Source of the DNA: Deinococcota bacterium
GTDB taxonomy: Bacteria; Deinococcota; Deinococci; Deinococcales; JAAFIG01
Length of the DNA stretch: 26,693 nt
Assembly (NCBI GenBank): GCA_041179225.1
Contig: JBEGTV010000001.1
Coordinates: forward strand, 1 to 26,693
Direction of reading: 5' to 3'
Positions 18,255 through 26,498 of the stretch are shown here, piece after piece. A program made the translations under genes and the position numbers. The notes beneath the pieces are model-generated. The model did not search any database. It saw only the letters and a list, made by a program, of their open reading frames with translations, and was not told the DNA's origin. Each line of letters starts with the position of its first letter. The stretch's first letter is position 1.

Positions 18255-18830
18255 ATGAATCCTAAAGTCAATTGGTTTTTTGAAAAAGCCTCAAAGTGGC
18301 AAGAAGAATTTAAGCACTTACGAACAATGATGCTCGAGTGCAAATTGACCGAAGAACTCAAATGGGGTGTGCCTTGTTACACCTTTTCAAACAGCAACAT
18401 TGTTTTAATTCACGGCTTTAAGGATTACTGTGCGATTTTATTTCACAAAGGCGCTTTACTCACAGACCCCGAAAAGATTTTGGTTCAGCAAACCCAGAAT
18501 GTGCAGTCAGCCCGTCAGATTCGCTTTACCAGTCTGCAACAAATTATGGCGCTAGAATCCACCATAAAAGATTACCTTTTAGAAGCCATCCAAGTTGAAA
18601 AAATGGGCTTAAAGGTAGAACTCAAAAAAACATTTAATATGCCCGAAGAATTATTAACGCAATTAGAACAAAATCCTGCCTTAGAAAAAGCTTTTTCGGC
18701 GCTTACCCCCGGACGACAACGAGGCTATATTCTTTATTTTTCTGCACCTAAACAAGCCAAGACTCGAGTTTTGAGGGTGGAAAAATATATAGAGCAGATT
18801 CTCGAGGGAAGGGGATTAGATGATGAGTAA
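18255..18830 (+). CDS. YdeI family protein (DUF1801 plus YdeI/OmpD-associated domain)
   Basis: EELKWGVPCY, NIVLIHGFKDYCAILFHKGALL, ARQIRFT and AFSALTPGRQRGY; closely resembles the Bacillus YdeI family as recalled. Confidence 0.85.
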   Translation: MNPKVNWFFEKASKWQEEFKHLRTMMLECKLTEELKWGVPCYTFSNSNIVLIHGFKDYCAILFHKGALLTDPEKILVQQTQNVQSARQIRFTSLQQIMALESTIKDYLLEAIQVEKMGLKVELKKTFNMPEELLTQLEQNPALEKAFSALTPGRQRGYILYFSAPKQAKTRVLRVEKYIEQILEGRGLDDE

Positions 18831-19194
18831 ATTTAATTCGGTTGATGATTACCTAGCCTCGCTGGACACACAAAAAGCTGGTACGCTCAGGGCAATTATA
18901 GATTTTATTCTGACCCAATTCCCAGAACTTGAGTGCAAAATTTCTTGGAATGTACCGCAAATTCACTTTCAGGGCGAATACGTGTTTGGTGTTTCTGCCC
19001 TTAAAAATCATTTGGCACTTGCCCCTTGGAGTTCTCGAGTCATTGAAGATTTTAGGGTTCGGTTAGAAGATAAATACATTGTTCGCAAGAATCTTTTCCA
19101 AATTCCCGTGGATTGGGAAATAGATAAAGAATTATTAAAGGATTTAGTCCGTGCCAGATTAGCCGAACTCAAACATATTCTTAGCAAAATCTAA
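18820..19194 (+). CDS. DUF1801 domain-containing protein
   Basis: SVDDYLASL, LRAII, ECKISWNVP and DKELLKDLVRAR; overlaps the upstream stop. The start may be 18823. Confidence 0.8.
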   Translation: MMSKFNSVDDYLASLDTQKAGTLRAIIDFILTQFPELECKISWNVPQIHFQGEYVFGVSALKNHLALAPWSSRVIEDFRVRLEDKYIVRKNLFQIPVDWEIDKELLKDLVRARLAELKHILSKI

Positions 19195-19200
19195 ACTCAC

Positions 19201-20154
19201 CTAAGCGACGCGCTCAGATTCTCGAGTCGCCAGCGCTTCTAAAGCACTTTTTGCAGGGGAAGGTACTAAGCATTCAAGCGCTTGGATGGCATTTTCGGCT
19301 CGGCGGCGCATCTCGAGACGGGCTTGATCATCGGTTTTGGCAGCCAAGACCAGTTCACGCATTCGTTGCACATCGCCTCGTTGGGATGCGCGGCGCTCGA
19401 GAATATCTCGGGCTTCCTCGTTGTTGTTTTCGAGTAAGTACAGCACAGGCAGCGTGGCTTTGCCTTCGCGTAAATCGCCGCCAACGGGTTTACCTAGGGT
19501 CTGTTCGTTGGACATTAAATCGAGGATGTCATCTTGAATTTGAAAGGCTCGCCCGTACTCGAGTCCGAAGGTCTCCAAGGCGTTTTGCACACTTAAGTCG
19601 GCTTTGGCAAGCATGGCTGCGCCTTTGGTGGCAGCCGCCGCTAGAGACGCGGTTTTACCAGTGATGATACTAAAATAATTTGGAATGCTGTATGTGCCTA
19701 GGGCTGCTACTTGAAATTGCAACACCTCACCTTCGCAAATGGTGCGGGAGGTGTTGCCAATTAAACGCACAAAGTCGCCTGCATCTGAACCAAAATCGGC
19801 AAGGAGCATCATCAGGCGGCTGAGCAAGTAATCGCCACTCATCACAGAAACCACATTGCCATAATGCTTAAAGGCAGCTTCTTTGCCACGCCGCGTATCA
19901 GCATCGTCTATCAGGTCATCGTGCAGCAAGCTAGCACTGTGCAGCAGTTCGATCACGGCAGCATAATCCACTTCTCGAGGGTCGTTGGTAAAGAGGGCTT
20001 GGGCAGCCAAAAAAACCAGTTGTGGACGGGCGCGTTTACCACCCGCATCAAGCAAATCCTCACCGATTAATTCGATAAATTCCACTTCGGATTTGACCAG
20101 TTCACGCAAGCGTCGCTCGAGTGCTGCCATTTGAGGTTCCACCAGTGGGTTCAT
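19201..20154 (-). CDS. Polyprenyl diphosphate synthase (trans-prenyltransferase)
   Basis: GGKRARP, first Asp-rich motif LLHDDLIDD, RRG, GKTA, second motif FQIQDDILD and GKPVGGDLREGK; GGAG RBS 6 nt before ATG 20154. Confidence 0.93.
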   Translation of the reverse strand: MNPLVEPQMAALERRLRELVKSEVEFIELIGEDLLDAGGKRARPQLVFLAAQALFTNDPREVDYAAVIELLHSASLLHDDLIDDADTRRGKEAAFKHYGNVVSVMSGDYLLSRLMMLLADFGSDAGDFVRLIGNTSRTICEGEVLQFQVAALGTYSIPNYFSIITGKTASLAAAATKGAAMLAKADLSVQNALETFGLEYGRAFQIQDDILDLMSNEQTLGKPVGGDLREGKATLPVLYLLENNNEEARDILERRASQRGDVQRMRELVLAAKTDDQARLEMRRRAENAIQALECLVPSPAKSALEALATRESERVA

Positions 20155-20266
20155 TGCCAACTCCAAGCCGCTTAAGATGAGAAACCCTCAAGCCTTTGTG
20201 AAACTATACACGCCCCACGCGGGACGAATGCCGTTTGTTTACAGCACAATCTTTTTACACTCACTT

Positions 20267-21418
20267 TTACATACTCGTCCATTTTTGGCTCGAGCCAGCA
20301 CTCTGTACGGTGCGTTCAATAAATTTCACGCCCCTCGCGCCATCTTCAAGCGTTGGATAATCGCCTTCGAGCGGACTTAAGGCACGGTTCTCGAGTTTGG
20401 CATGAATCGCTTCGGCAGCCCCGATGTACACATTGGCAAAGGCTTCTAAAAAGGCTTCTGGATGCCCGGCTGGGATTCGCGTGGCTTTTTGGGCGGCAGC
20501 ACACAGGTAATTAGAGCCTCGAGTCAGGATTTGACGCGGAGCATCTATTGGGTTGTACTCGAGGTAATTTGGGTTTTCTTGATGCCATTCAATCCCACCT
20601 TTGGTTCCAAAAACCCGTAGACGCACATCGTTTTCGCCACCGATTTGAATTTGGCTGGCAATCAGTACGCCCTTTGCGCCACCTTTGAAACGCATCAGTA
20701 AATTGCCATCATCATCGAGTTGCCGCCCTTCAACAAAGGTCGTCAGGTCAGCGCAAATACTCTCGAGTTCTAAGCCAGTCACAGTTGCCATCAGGTTCTC
20801 GGCGTGCGAACCAATATCACCAATGCAACCAGCCGCGCCACTACGGGCTGGGTCGGTACGCCAATCGGCTTGTTTTTGCCCAGATTCCTCGAGTTTCGTG
20901 GCAAGCCAACCTTGGTTGTATTCAACAATGACTTTGCGAATTTCCCCAAGTTGCCCAGAGCGCACCATTTCCCTAGCATGTTTGACCATTGGATAACCTG
21001 TGTAATTGTAGGTCACGGCAAAAACCACACCAGATTTATGGGTTGTTTCGAGTAAACTTGCGGCTTGGCTCGAGGTGTGAACCAAGGGCTTATCGCAAAT
21101 CACATGGATTCCAGCCGCCGCGAATGCCTGAGCCACAGGGAAATGCACATGGTTTGGGGTGACAATGCTGACCAAATCAATTCGCTGGTCAGCAGGCAAT
21201 GCCAATTCGGATTCAAGCATTTCTTGCCAAGTGCCGTAGTTCCTCGAGTCTGCCAAACCCAAATCTTGCCCTGACAAACGTGCTTTTTCGGGATTACTCG
21301 AGAGTGCGCCAGCCACCATTTCATACATTCCATCTAATGCCATGACTTTACGATGCACCGCGCCGATGAAGGCATCGCGTCCGCCACCGACCATTCCGTA
21401 CCTAAGTTTTCTGGGCAT
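20267..21418 (-). CDS. Gfo/Idh/MocA family oxidoreductase
   Basis: [39 protein letters not shown] and DIGSHAENL. Confidence 0.92.
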   Translation of the reverse strand: MPRKLRYGMVGGGRDAFIGAVHRKVMALDGMYEMVAGALSSNPEKARLSGQDLGLADSRNYGTWQEMLESELALPADQRIDLVSIVTPNHVHFPVAQAFAAAGIHVICDKPLVHTSSQAASLLETTHKSGVVFAVTYNYTGYPMVKHAREMVRSGQLGEIRKVIVEYNQGWLATKLEESGQKQADWRTDPARSGAAGCIGDIGSHAENLMATVTGLELESICADLTTFVEGRQLDDDGNLLMRFKGGAKGVLIASQIQIGGENDVRLRVFGTKGGIEWHQENPNYLEYNPIDAPRQILTRGSNYLCAAAQKATRIPAGHPEAFLEAFANVYIGAAEAIHAKLENRALSPLEGDYPTLEDGARGVKFIERTVQSAGSSQKWTSM

Positions 21419-21420
21419 GA

Positions 21421-22437
21421 TTATTTCTCCTTTTCAGAAACACTGTCAAAAGCACTATCAAAGGCTCTATGACTTGGTTTGAAATCAAGTTTCTTGGTGT
21501 ACGCCGCACTTTCGGTTGCCCCATGAATCCTATCCATGCGGCTGTCCTCCCATTCGACACTTAAGGGTCCTGTGTAAGCAATGTCGTTTAAGGCAACAAT
21601 AATTTCTTCAAAGTGAATATCGCCGCGTCCGACACTACGAAAATCCCAGTAACGTCTCGAGTCACCAAAGTTGGTATGCCCACCAAACACCCCCGCTTCG
21701 CCTGTGCCATGACCCCACCAGACATCTTTCATATGGACATGGAAAATTCGTGTGGCAAACCGACGAATAAACTGCACGTAATCCACACCCTGATACCCAA
21801 GATGACTTGGATCATAATTAAATCCAAAGCGCTTATGACCTTTCAGGGCAGCAATGGCGCGTTCGGCACTGGCAGTATCAAAAGCAATTTCAGTAGGATG
21901 CACCTCGAGTGCAAAGTTAATATCATGTTCTTCAAAAACTTCAAGAATTGGTTTCCAGCGCTTGGCAAAGTCCTTAAAACCATTATCCCAATAGGCTTGA
22001 CTGGTTGGCGGGAAAGCATAAAGGCTATGCCAGATGCTTGAGCCAGTAAAACCATTGACAACTTTGACCCCAAACTTCGCGGCTGCCCTTGCCGTGTCCG
22101 CCATTTCAAGGGCAGCCCTGCCGCGCACACCTTCGGGTTGACCGTCACCCCAGACATGAGCAGGTAAAATAGACTTATGACGCTCATCAATTAGGTCACA
22201 AACCGCTTGTCCGACCAGATGCGCCGAAATAGCATGACACTCAAGACCATGTTTTTTAAGCAGCGCTCGTTTATCTTTAACATACGACTTGGATTTCAGA
22301 GCGGCTTGCACGTCAAAATGATCGCCCCAACAGGCAAGCTCAAGACCATCGTACCCCATGCTTTTTGCCAGTGGTGCAAGTTCAGAAAGTGGTAAATCTG
22401 CCCATTGACCCGTGAATAACGTCACACTTCTTGCCAT
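21421..22437 (-). CDS. Sugar phosphate isomerase/epimerase (xylose-isomerase-like TIM barrel)
   Basis: [41 protein letters not shown] and SVEWED; GGAGG RBS before ATG 22437; in an operon with the Gfo/Idh/MocA gene. Confidence 0.9.
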   Translation of the reverse strand: MARSVTLFTGQWADLPLSELAPLAKSMGYDGLELACWGDHFDVQAALKSKSYVKDKRALLKKHGLECHAISAHLVGQAVCDLIDERHKSILPAHVWGDGQPEGVRGRAALEMADTARAAAKFGVKVVNGFTGSSIWHSLYAFPPTSQAYWDNGFKDFAKRWKPILEVFEEHDINFALEVHPTEIAFDTASAERAIAALKGHKRFGFNYDPSHLGYQGVDYVQFIRRFATRIFHVHMKDVWWGHGTGEAGVFGGHTNFGDSRRYWDFRSVGRGDIHFEEIIVALNDIAYTGPLSVEWEDSRMDRIHGATESAAYTKKLDFKPSHRAFDSAFDSVSEKEK

Positions 22438-22548
22438 AAGAACCTCCAAAGGATAAAAGCCTTTTTGTCTGACATCGGATTTTAACTCACTTAGTTATTT
22501 GGTGCTTGTCTTGTACAATGCGATTCTCTAACCAGCCAGCGCGTGCCA

Positions 22549-22594
22549 AACGTGACCCTACGCTTATGGGTAACGTGACCCTACGCTTATGGGT
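22549..22594. repeat. 23-bp perfect tandem duplication
   Basis: AACGTGACCCTACGCTTATGGGT at 22549-22571 and 22572-22594; contains GTAG on the minus strand. Confidence 0.88.
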
Positions 22595-22631
22595 ATGGTC
22601 GAAAATGCAAATCAATCTTAAATCAGAATTC

Positions 22632-22756
22632 AATAATTCGGAAAGTTTTTGATTTTTTGCCTATGTGACGCATTCAGGGTTTTGTAAGAGCGAATCTTGT
22701 GTTCGCCCTGTAGGACGTGGTGAATCGTGTTTTCCTGAAAAATGTTCCAGACTATT
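22632..22756. mobile_element. 125-bp MITE/REP-like element, copy B (degenerate)
   Basis: About 70% identical to 14520-14643 by hand alignment, same orientation. Right TIR GTTCCAGACTATT matches 12/13; left TIR AATAATTCGGAAA matches 9/13; central hairpin at 22684-22709. Confidence 0.6.
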
Positions 22757-22867
22757 GAGAATTAGCACAACAAATCAAAAACAAATTTTCGGGATGCCTT
22801 GAGTTCATGCCCTACCTGCGACAACCAAAAGACAGCTTGTCTCTATTGTTTGCTCGAGGAGAAATAT

Positions 22868-22999
22868 ATGGTCATGCAAACACCGAAACTACCGTATCAA
22901 ACACCGAAACTCGAGCAGGAAAAAAGCCATACCGTACTCACAGGGGTCAGTCTGCCAATTGGTGGGATTCTTAGCGAAGATGAAGGAATAGGGCAATGA
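22868..22999 (+). CDS. 43-aa peptide with a YxxPxL...LTG leader-like motif
   Basis: MVMQTPKLPYQTPKLEQEKSHTVLTGVSLPIGGILSEDEGIGQ*. GAGGAG RBS, ATGA overlap with the lipoprotein, and a paralog at 10528-10668. Confidence 0.78.
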   Translation: MVMQTPKLPYQTPKLEQEKSHTVLTGVSLPIGGILSEDEGIGQ

Positions 23000-25356
23000 A
23001 GCGCTTTTTATCGAGTGCAATTGGTTTAGCAGCCTTACTAGCCGCCTGTCAAACACCCATGCCGAATCTCGAGCAAAAACCAATCGGAGTGGCGGGGCAA
23101 GTCGAATTAACTTTTGATTTACGCTCTAAAACCGCTTTTGCAAGGTACAAGAAAAGCGGTTTGATTACACAAACCGTGCAGACCAGTATTTCGTTTGGTG
23201 CTGCGCCAACCATTGGGTTTCTCGCCGATGGTAGCAATAATTATGTTTCTGCTACATTTGATGTCAATAACCTGACTGGCTCGAGCCTGACCGATTTAAC
23301 ACTGGTGGCTAAGCATCAGCAAGGAAATCATGTGGGAACAGCTGTGAAAAATGTGGTGAATTTCTCGGGCAATGCCCTTGACTTTAATGTCTTTGCTCAG
23401 AATGTCAAACCAACCCTGATACCAACGGTACTGACTCCGTTCACAGTCAATTCCAATGTGGCAGATTTGCAATTCCTGACTGAACTCGAGATGGCTGCAT
23501 TGCAAAGCCAAGCGGTCAGTGCTGGTCAGGTTATCACTGCCAATGGCGAATACTTACTGCCGTATGGTTTTATGGCACGAAGCAGCAACACTTCGAGAAC
23601 CTTAGCCACTGGCAACAGTGTAGGGAGTTTAACTGTTTCGATTAAATTACCCAGTGGTAACGAGCCAAGCAGCAATGTGACACGGTTTAGCATGACCTTT
23701 GTGGCATTTGACCAAGCTGTGATCCCTCGAGTTTCTGAAGCGCTTGAGGAACAAAGTAATTCGAGTGCTGCCACTCGAGCCACAAGTTTTGGTGTAGCTC
23801 GAGTGGCAGCCTTACGCAACAGTGCTTTATTGACCGAATCTGACGGTACAAAAGTCAATGTTTGCCAAGTTCGCACGGCTGGCACGGTGGTCGCACCGAC
23901 TGCTCGAATAGACACAACTGCGTTGCTCATAGGGAGTGGACTGAATGACCCGTGCTTTGCTGCGTCTGGGCGGCGCGTATTTGGTGGCAGTTCTTCGGAT
24001 AAAGTTGTGGCACGCCACATTGTGCCCGATGGTGGTTTTTTATTGGCTGGTGAGTTCGCTCAAACCCCGACCAACACCGATGCGATGGTACTCAAATACA
24101 AACCAGATGGTTCTTTGGACTCGAGTTTTGGTGTGGGCGGACTTGCCACAATGGATGCTGTCAATGATGATCTAATCACGGGTTTTCATCTTTTACCGAA
24201 CGGCAAAATGTACTTGGTTGGCTCGAGATTTCGGATTTACAAATTCAATGCCAACGGAACACCAGATACAACTTTTGGCACAAATGGTTTTGCCAGTACC
24301 GTCTTAAGCCAAAGCAGCACCGATGATTTTGTGATTACCAGTGCAGTTAATCCAAGTGATGATTCAATTGTTTTAGCTGGTGTGGTGGTACAAGCTGCGG
24401 GAAACGCCAGCGACATTGGATTGGCTGTTTTTACCAATACTGGAATTCTTAACAATAGTTACAATGGCTCTGGAAAATTGTTCTGGGAGTACCTGAGTGT
24501 AGCCTCAAATCCAGATACACCAATCGCTGTGTACTTTAATGCCGATGGGAGTCTCCTAGTTTTTGGCGATACGATTTCTTCCAATCGTGATTGGGTGGTC
24601 TTCAAATTAGACAACAACGGGCAATTGGATGCCATTAACTTTGGGAACGGTGGGTACTTGCTGATTGATGTTCTCGGAGCAGCCGATTTTTTAACAGTGG
24701 TTGATCGTTTATCAGATGGAAATTTCTTATTGGCAGGTACAGTGAGCGACCCAACTATAGCAAGTACAAATCGCTTAGCCGTGGTTAAAGTAACCGATGC
24801 TGGGCAATTGGATACCAGTTTTGCCAACCAAGGGCAATTTGTACAATCAGCAACAGGGTCAACCTACCGTGAAGCAGTAGCTCTACATGTCCTTGCCGAT
24901 AATCGTGTTTTGGTGGCAGGTACGGATGTTTCACTAACTCGAGGTGTACAGTTTGGATTACTTAAACTCAGTGAATTTGGTGCATTGGTGAGTTCTTTTG
25001 GGACAAGCGGCGTGGCAACTCCTGTTAATTTCTTTGCTGGTTCAGGTAACGACACGCCAACAGGCATTACTGTTTTAAGTGATGGTAGCATTGTCCTCGG
25101 AGGCATTGGCACAAAACCCGGTGCGTTCCCAGCACCAACCCAACCGCATATGGCACTGGCAAAATACACCTCGAGTGGTGTGCTGGACACAACTTTTAAT
25201 AGCACTGGCTTAAAAACCACCTTATTTGGCAATAATGGCTCGAATCAGACTGCCTTGCCGCCTGCGGTTTTTACAAATGATGCTTTGCTGCACGTTGGCT
25301 GGGCTGGGTTTACTGGACAATCAAATAATATCACGCTCTACAAAACCCTGCCATAA
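22996..25356 (+). CDS. 786-aa lipoprotein: shared N-terminal domain plus delta-60 (DUF5122-type) repeat beta-propeller
   Basis: Lipobox LAA|C. Residues ~1-296 align with the 10665 protein. About seven repeats follow, such as KYKPDGSLDSSFGVGG, KFNANGTPDTTFGTNG, KVTDAGQLDTSFANQG and KYTSSGVLDTTFNSTG. Confidence 0.9.
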   Translation: MKRFLSSAIGLAALLAACQTPMPNLEQKPIGVAGQVELTFDLRSKTAFARYKKSGLITQTVQTSISFGAAPTIGFLADGSNNYVSATFDVNNLTGSSLTDLTLVAKHQQGNHVGTAVKNVVNFSGNALDFNVFAQNVKPTLIPTVLTPFTVNSNVADLQFLTELEMAALQSQAVSAGQVITANGEYLLPYGFMARSSNTSRTLATGNSVGSLTVSIKLPSGNEPSSNVTRFSMTFVAFDQAVIPRVSEALEEQSNSSAATRATSFGVARVAALRNSALLTESDGTKVNVCQVRTAGTVVAPTARIDTTALLIGSGLNDPCFAASGRRVFGGSSSDKVVARHIVPDGGFLLAGEFAQTPTNTDAMVLKYKPDGSLDSSFGVGGLATMDAVNDDLITGFHLLPNGKMYLVGSRFRIYKFNANGTPDTTFGTNGFASTVLSQSSTDDFVITSAVNPSDDSIVLAGVVVQAAGNASDIGLAVFTNTGILNNSYNGSGKLFWEYLSVASNPDTPIAVYFNADGSLLVFGDTISSNRDWVVFKLDNNGQLDAINFGNGGYLLIDVLGAADFLTVVDRLSDGNFLLAGTVSDPTIASTNRLAVVKVTDAGQLDTSFANQGQFVQSATGSTYREAVALHVLADNRVLVAGTDVSLTRGVQFGLLKLSEFGALVSSFGTSGVATPVNFFAGSGNDTPTGITVLSDGSIVLGGIGTKPGAFPAPTQPHMALAKYTSSGVLDTTFNSTGLKTTLFGNNGSNQTALPPAVFTNDALLHVGWAGFTGQSNNITLYKTLP

Positions 25357-25376
25357 GCCAAACTCGAGAACCCAAT

Positions 25377-25646
25377 TTGTCTAGCCAACAATCTTTAGCA
25401 CTCGAAATCCTTGAGCAATTAGCCACCCATTCAGACTCGAAAGTTCGGAGGATGGTGGCAACGAAAAACACACTGCAAGAATCATTATTGTTGCAATTGG
25501 CAACTGATACCGACGATGCAGTCCGAATGAGCGTAGCTCATCACAAAAACGCCACCAAAGTCGTATTATCTTGTTTAATAACCGATTCATGGGCTGAAAT
25601 TTCGCGTCTGGCTCGAGCCAGAATTGCCGAAAGCCAATTTATTTGA
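25377..25646 (+). CDS. Short HEAT/LRV-like repeat protein, possibly a 5'-truncated remnant
   Basis: Repeats LEQLATHSDSKVRRMVA, LLQLATDTDDAVRMSVAHHKN and LITDSWAEISRLARARI; TTG start with no obvious RBS. Confidence 0.5.
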   Translation: MSSQQSLALEILEQLATHSDSKVRRMVATKNTLQESLLLQLATDTDDAVRMSVAHHKNATKVVLSCLITDSWAEISRLARARIAESQFI

Positions 25647-25653
25647 GGATAAA

Positions 25654-25758
25654 ATGGGTTCTTTAAGTGTGGCACTTGGTGTATGGCAAATTGGACTGGT
25701 TTTTGAAACCGACCTGATGACATGGGTTGACATGCAGATTCTCGAGCCGAATAGGTAA
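25654..25758 (+). CDS. 34-aa ORF of unknown status, possibly a gene fragment
   Basis: GAGGA RBS, then MGSLSVALGVWQIGLVFETDLMTWVDMQILEPNR*; tightly packed between its neighbours. Confidence 0.3.
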   Translation: MGSLSVALGVWQIGLVFETDLMTWVDMQILEPNR

Positions 25759-25761
25759 ACC

Positions 25762-26256
25762 ATGTCTAACCTCATTTCTTACGATGCCCAAAACCTCGAG
25801 CCATTACAGATGAATAATGGCTTAACCAGTGTTTTTGTTTCGGTGCTGGCGTTATCAGCATCCAACCTTGCCCAAACCGATAATCAGCGCCTTTGGGCAG
25901 CTTGGATAGCTTCGAGAGATCAAGGCATTTTTGGTGGTGGGATTGTCGGCTTTGATTTAACCCAAATGCCTTGGAAAGTAGCCAGTCTCGAGGCAGATAA
26001 AGATTTTTGGTCACGCGCTGTAGCGGCTGCCAAACAAAAAATAGGTTGGGAGTGTCTGGACTACCAACCACATGAAGAATGGGTATTCTCGAGCTTAGAC
26101 CAATTTATAGGGCTGATTATTGCATTTGAGGCGGCAGACATCAACTCGGACGAGTCAAGGGAATGGACATATGATTCCCGCCCAAGAACCCTCGAGCTTT
26201 GCAAAAAACATTTGGTTTACCTCCATGCTTATGGTTGTGTGATTTGCAATGATTGA
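25762..26256 (+). CDS. Hypothetical protein (164 aa) with a C-terminal C...H...H...CxxC metal-binding-like motif
   Basis: Uninterrupted ORF with an AGGT RBS, ending in LCKKHLVYLHAYGCVICND. Confidence 0.7.
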   Translation: MSNLISYDAQNLEPLQMNNGLTSVFVSVLALSASNLAQTDNQRLWAAWIASRDQGIFGGGIVGFDLTQMPWKVASLEADKDFWSRAVAAAKQKIGWECLDYQPHEEWVFSSLDQFIGLIIAFEAADINSDESREWTYDSRPRTLELCKKHLVYLHAYGCVICND

Positions 26257-26498
26257 ACGCCATAAAATCAAAGCCCTCAAAAAGCACCAAGCCAATTTTG
26301 AGGGCTTCTAGGAAAATCTCGAGCAAGGGTTTCTACCCCTGAGCAGCACCTTGCCAGATCAAGTGGTGATGCGTGGGCTATGCTTAGTCTACTACCAGAA
26401 AAGTGAATTGCGCGACGGCTTTGATGTTTAAGTTGTTTTAAGTGTGTGGAGTGGAAAGTGACCGAGTTGTAATCCAAGCAATTTGTTAGACTGCTATC

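Noticed and set aside
22799-22867. In-frame N-terminal extension of peptide 2 with two CxxC motifs (CPTC, CLYC) from TTG 22799
   Set aside because: There is no RBS at the TTG, a strong GAGGAG precedes ATG 22868, and the paralog has an in-frame stop at 10474 and no such extension. It is probably chance but worth a glance in homologs.
10528-25356. Calling the peptide loci lasso-peptide biosynthetic clusters
   Set aside because: No lasso cyclase, B2 protease or RRE/PqqD gene is in the window, and the putative cores lack canonical lasso features; only the leader-like motif is supported.
26249-26431. Possible stop-codon readthrough (TAG at 26309) in a 60-codon frame
   Set aside because: There is no homology evidence or recoding signal; decay or a chance frame is more likely.
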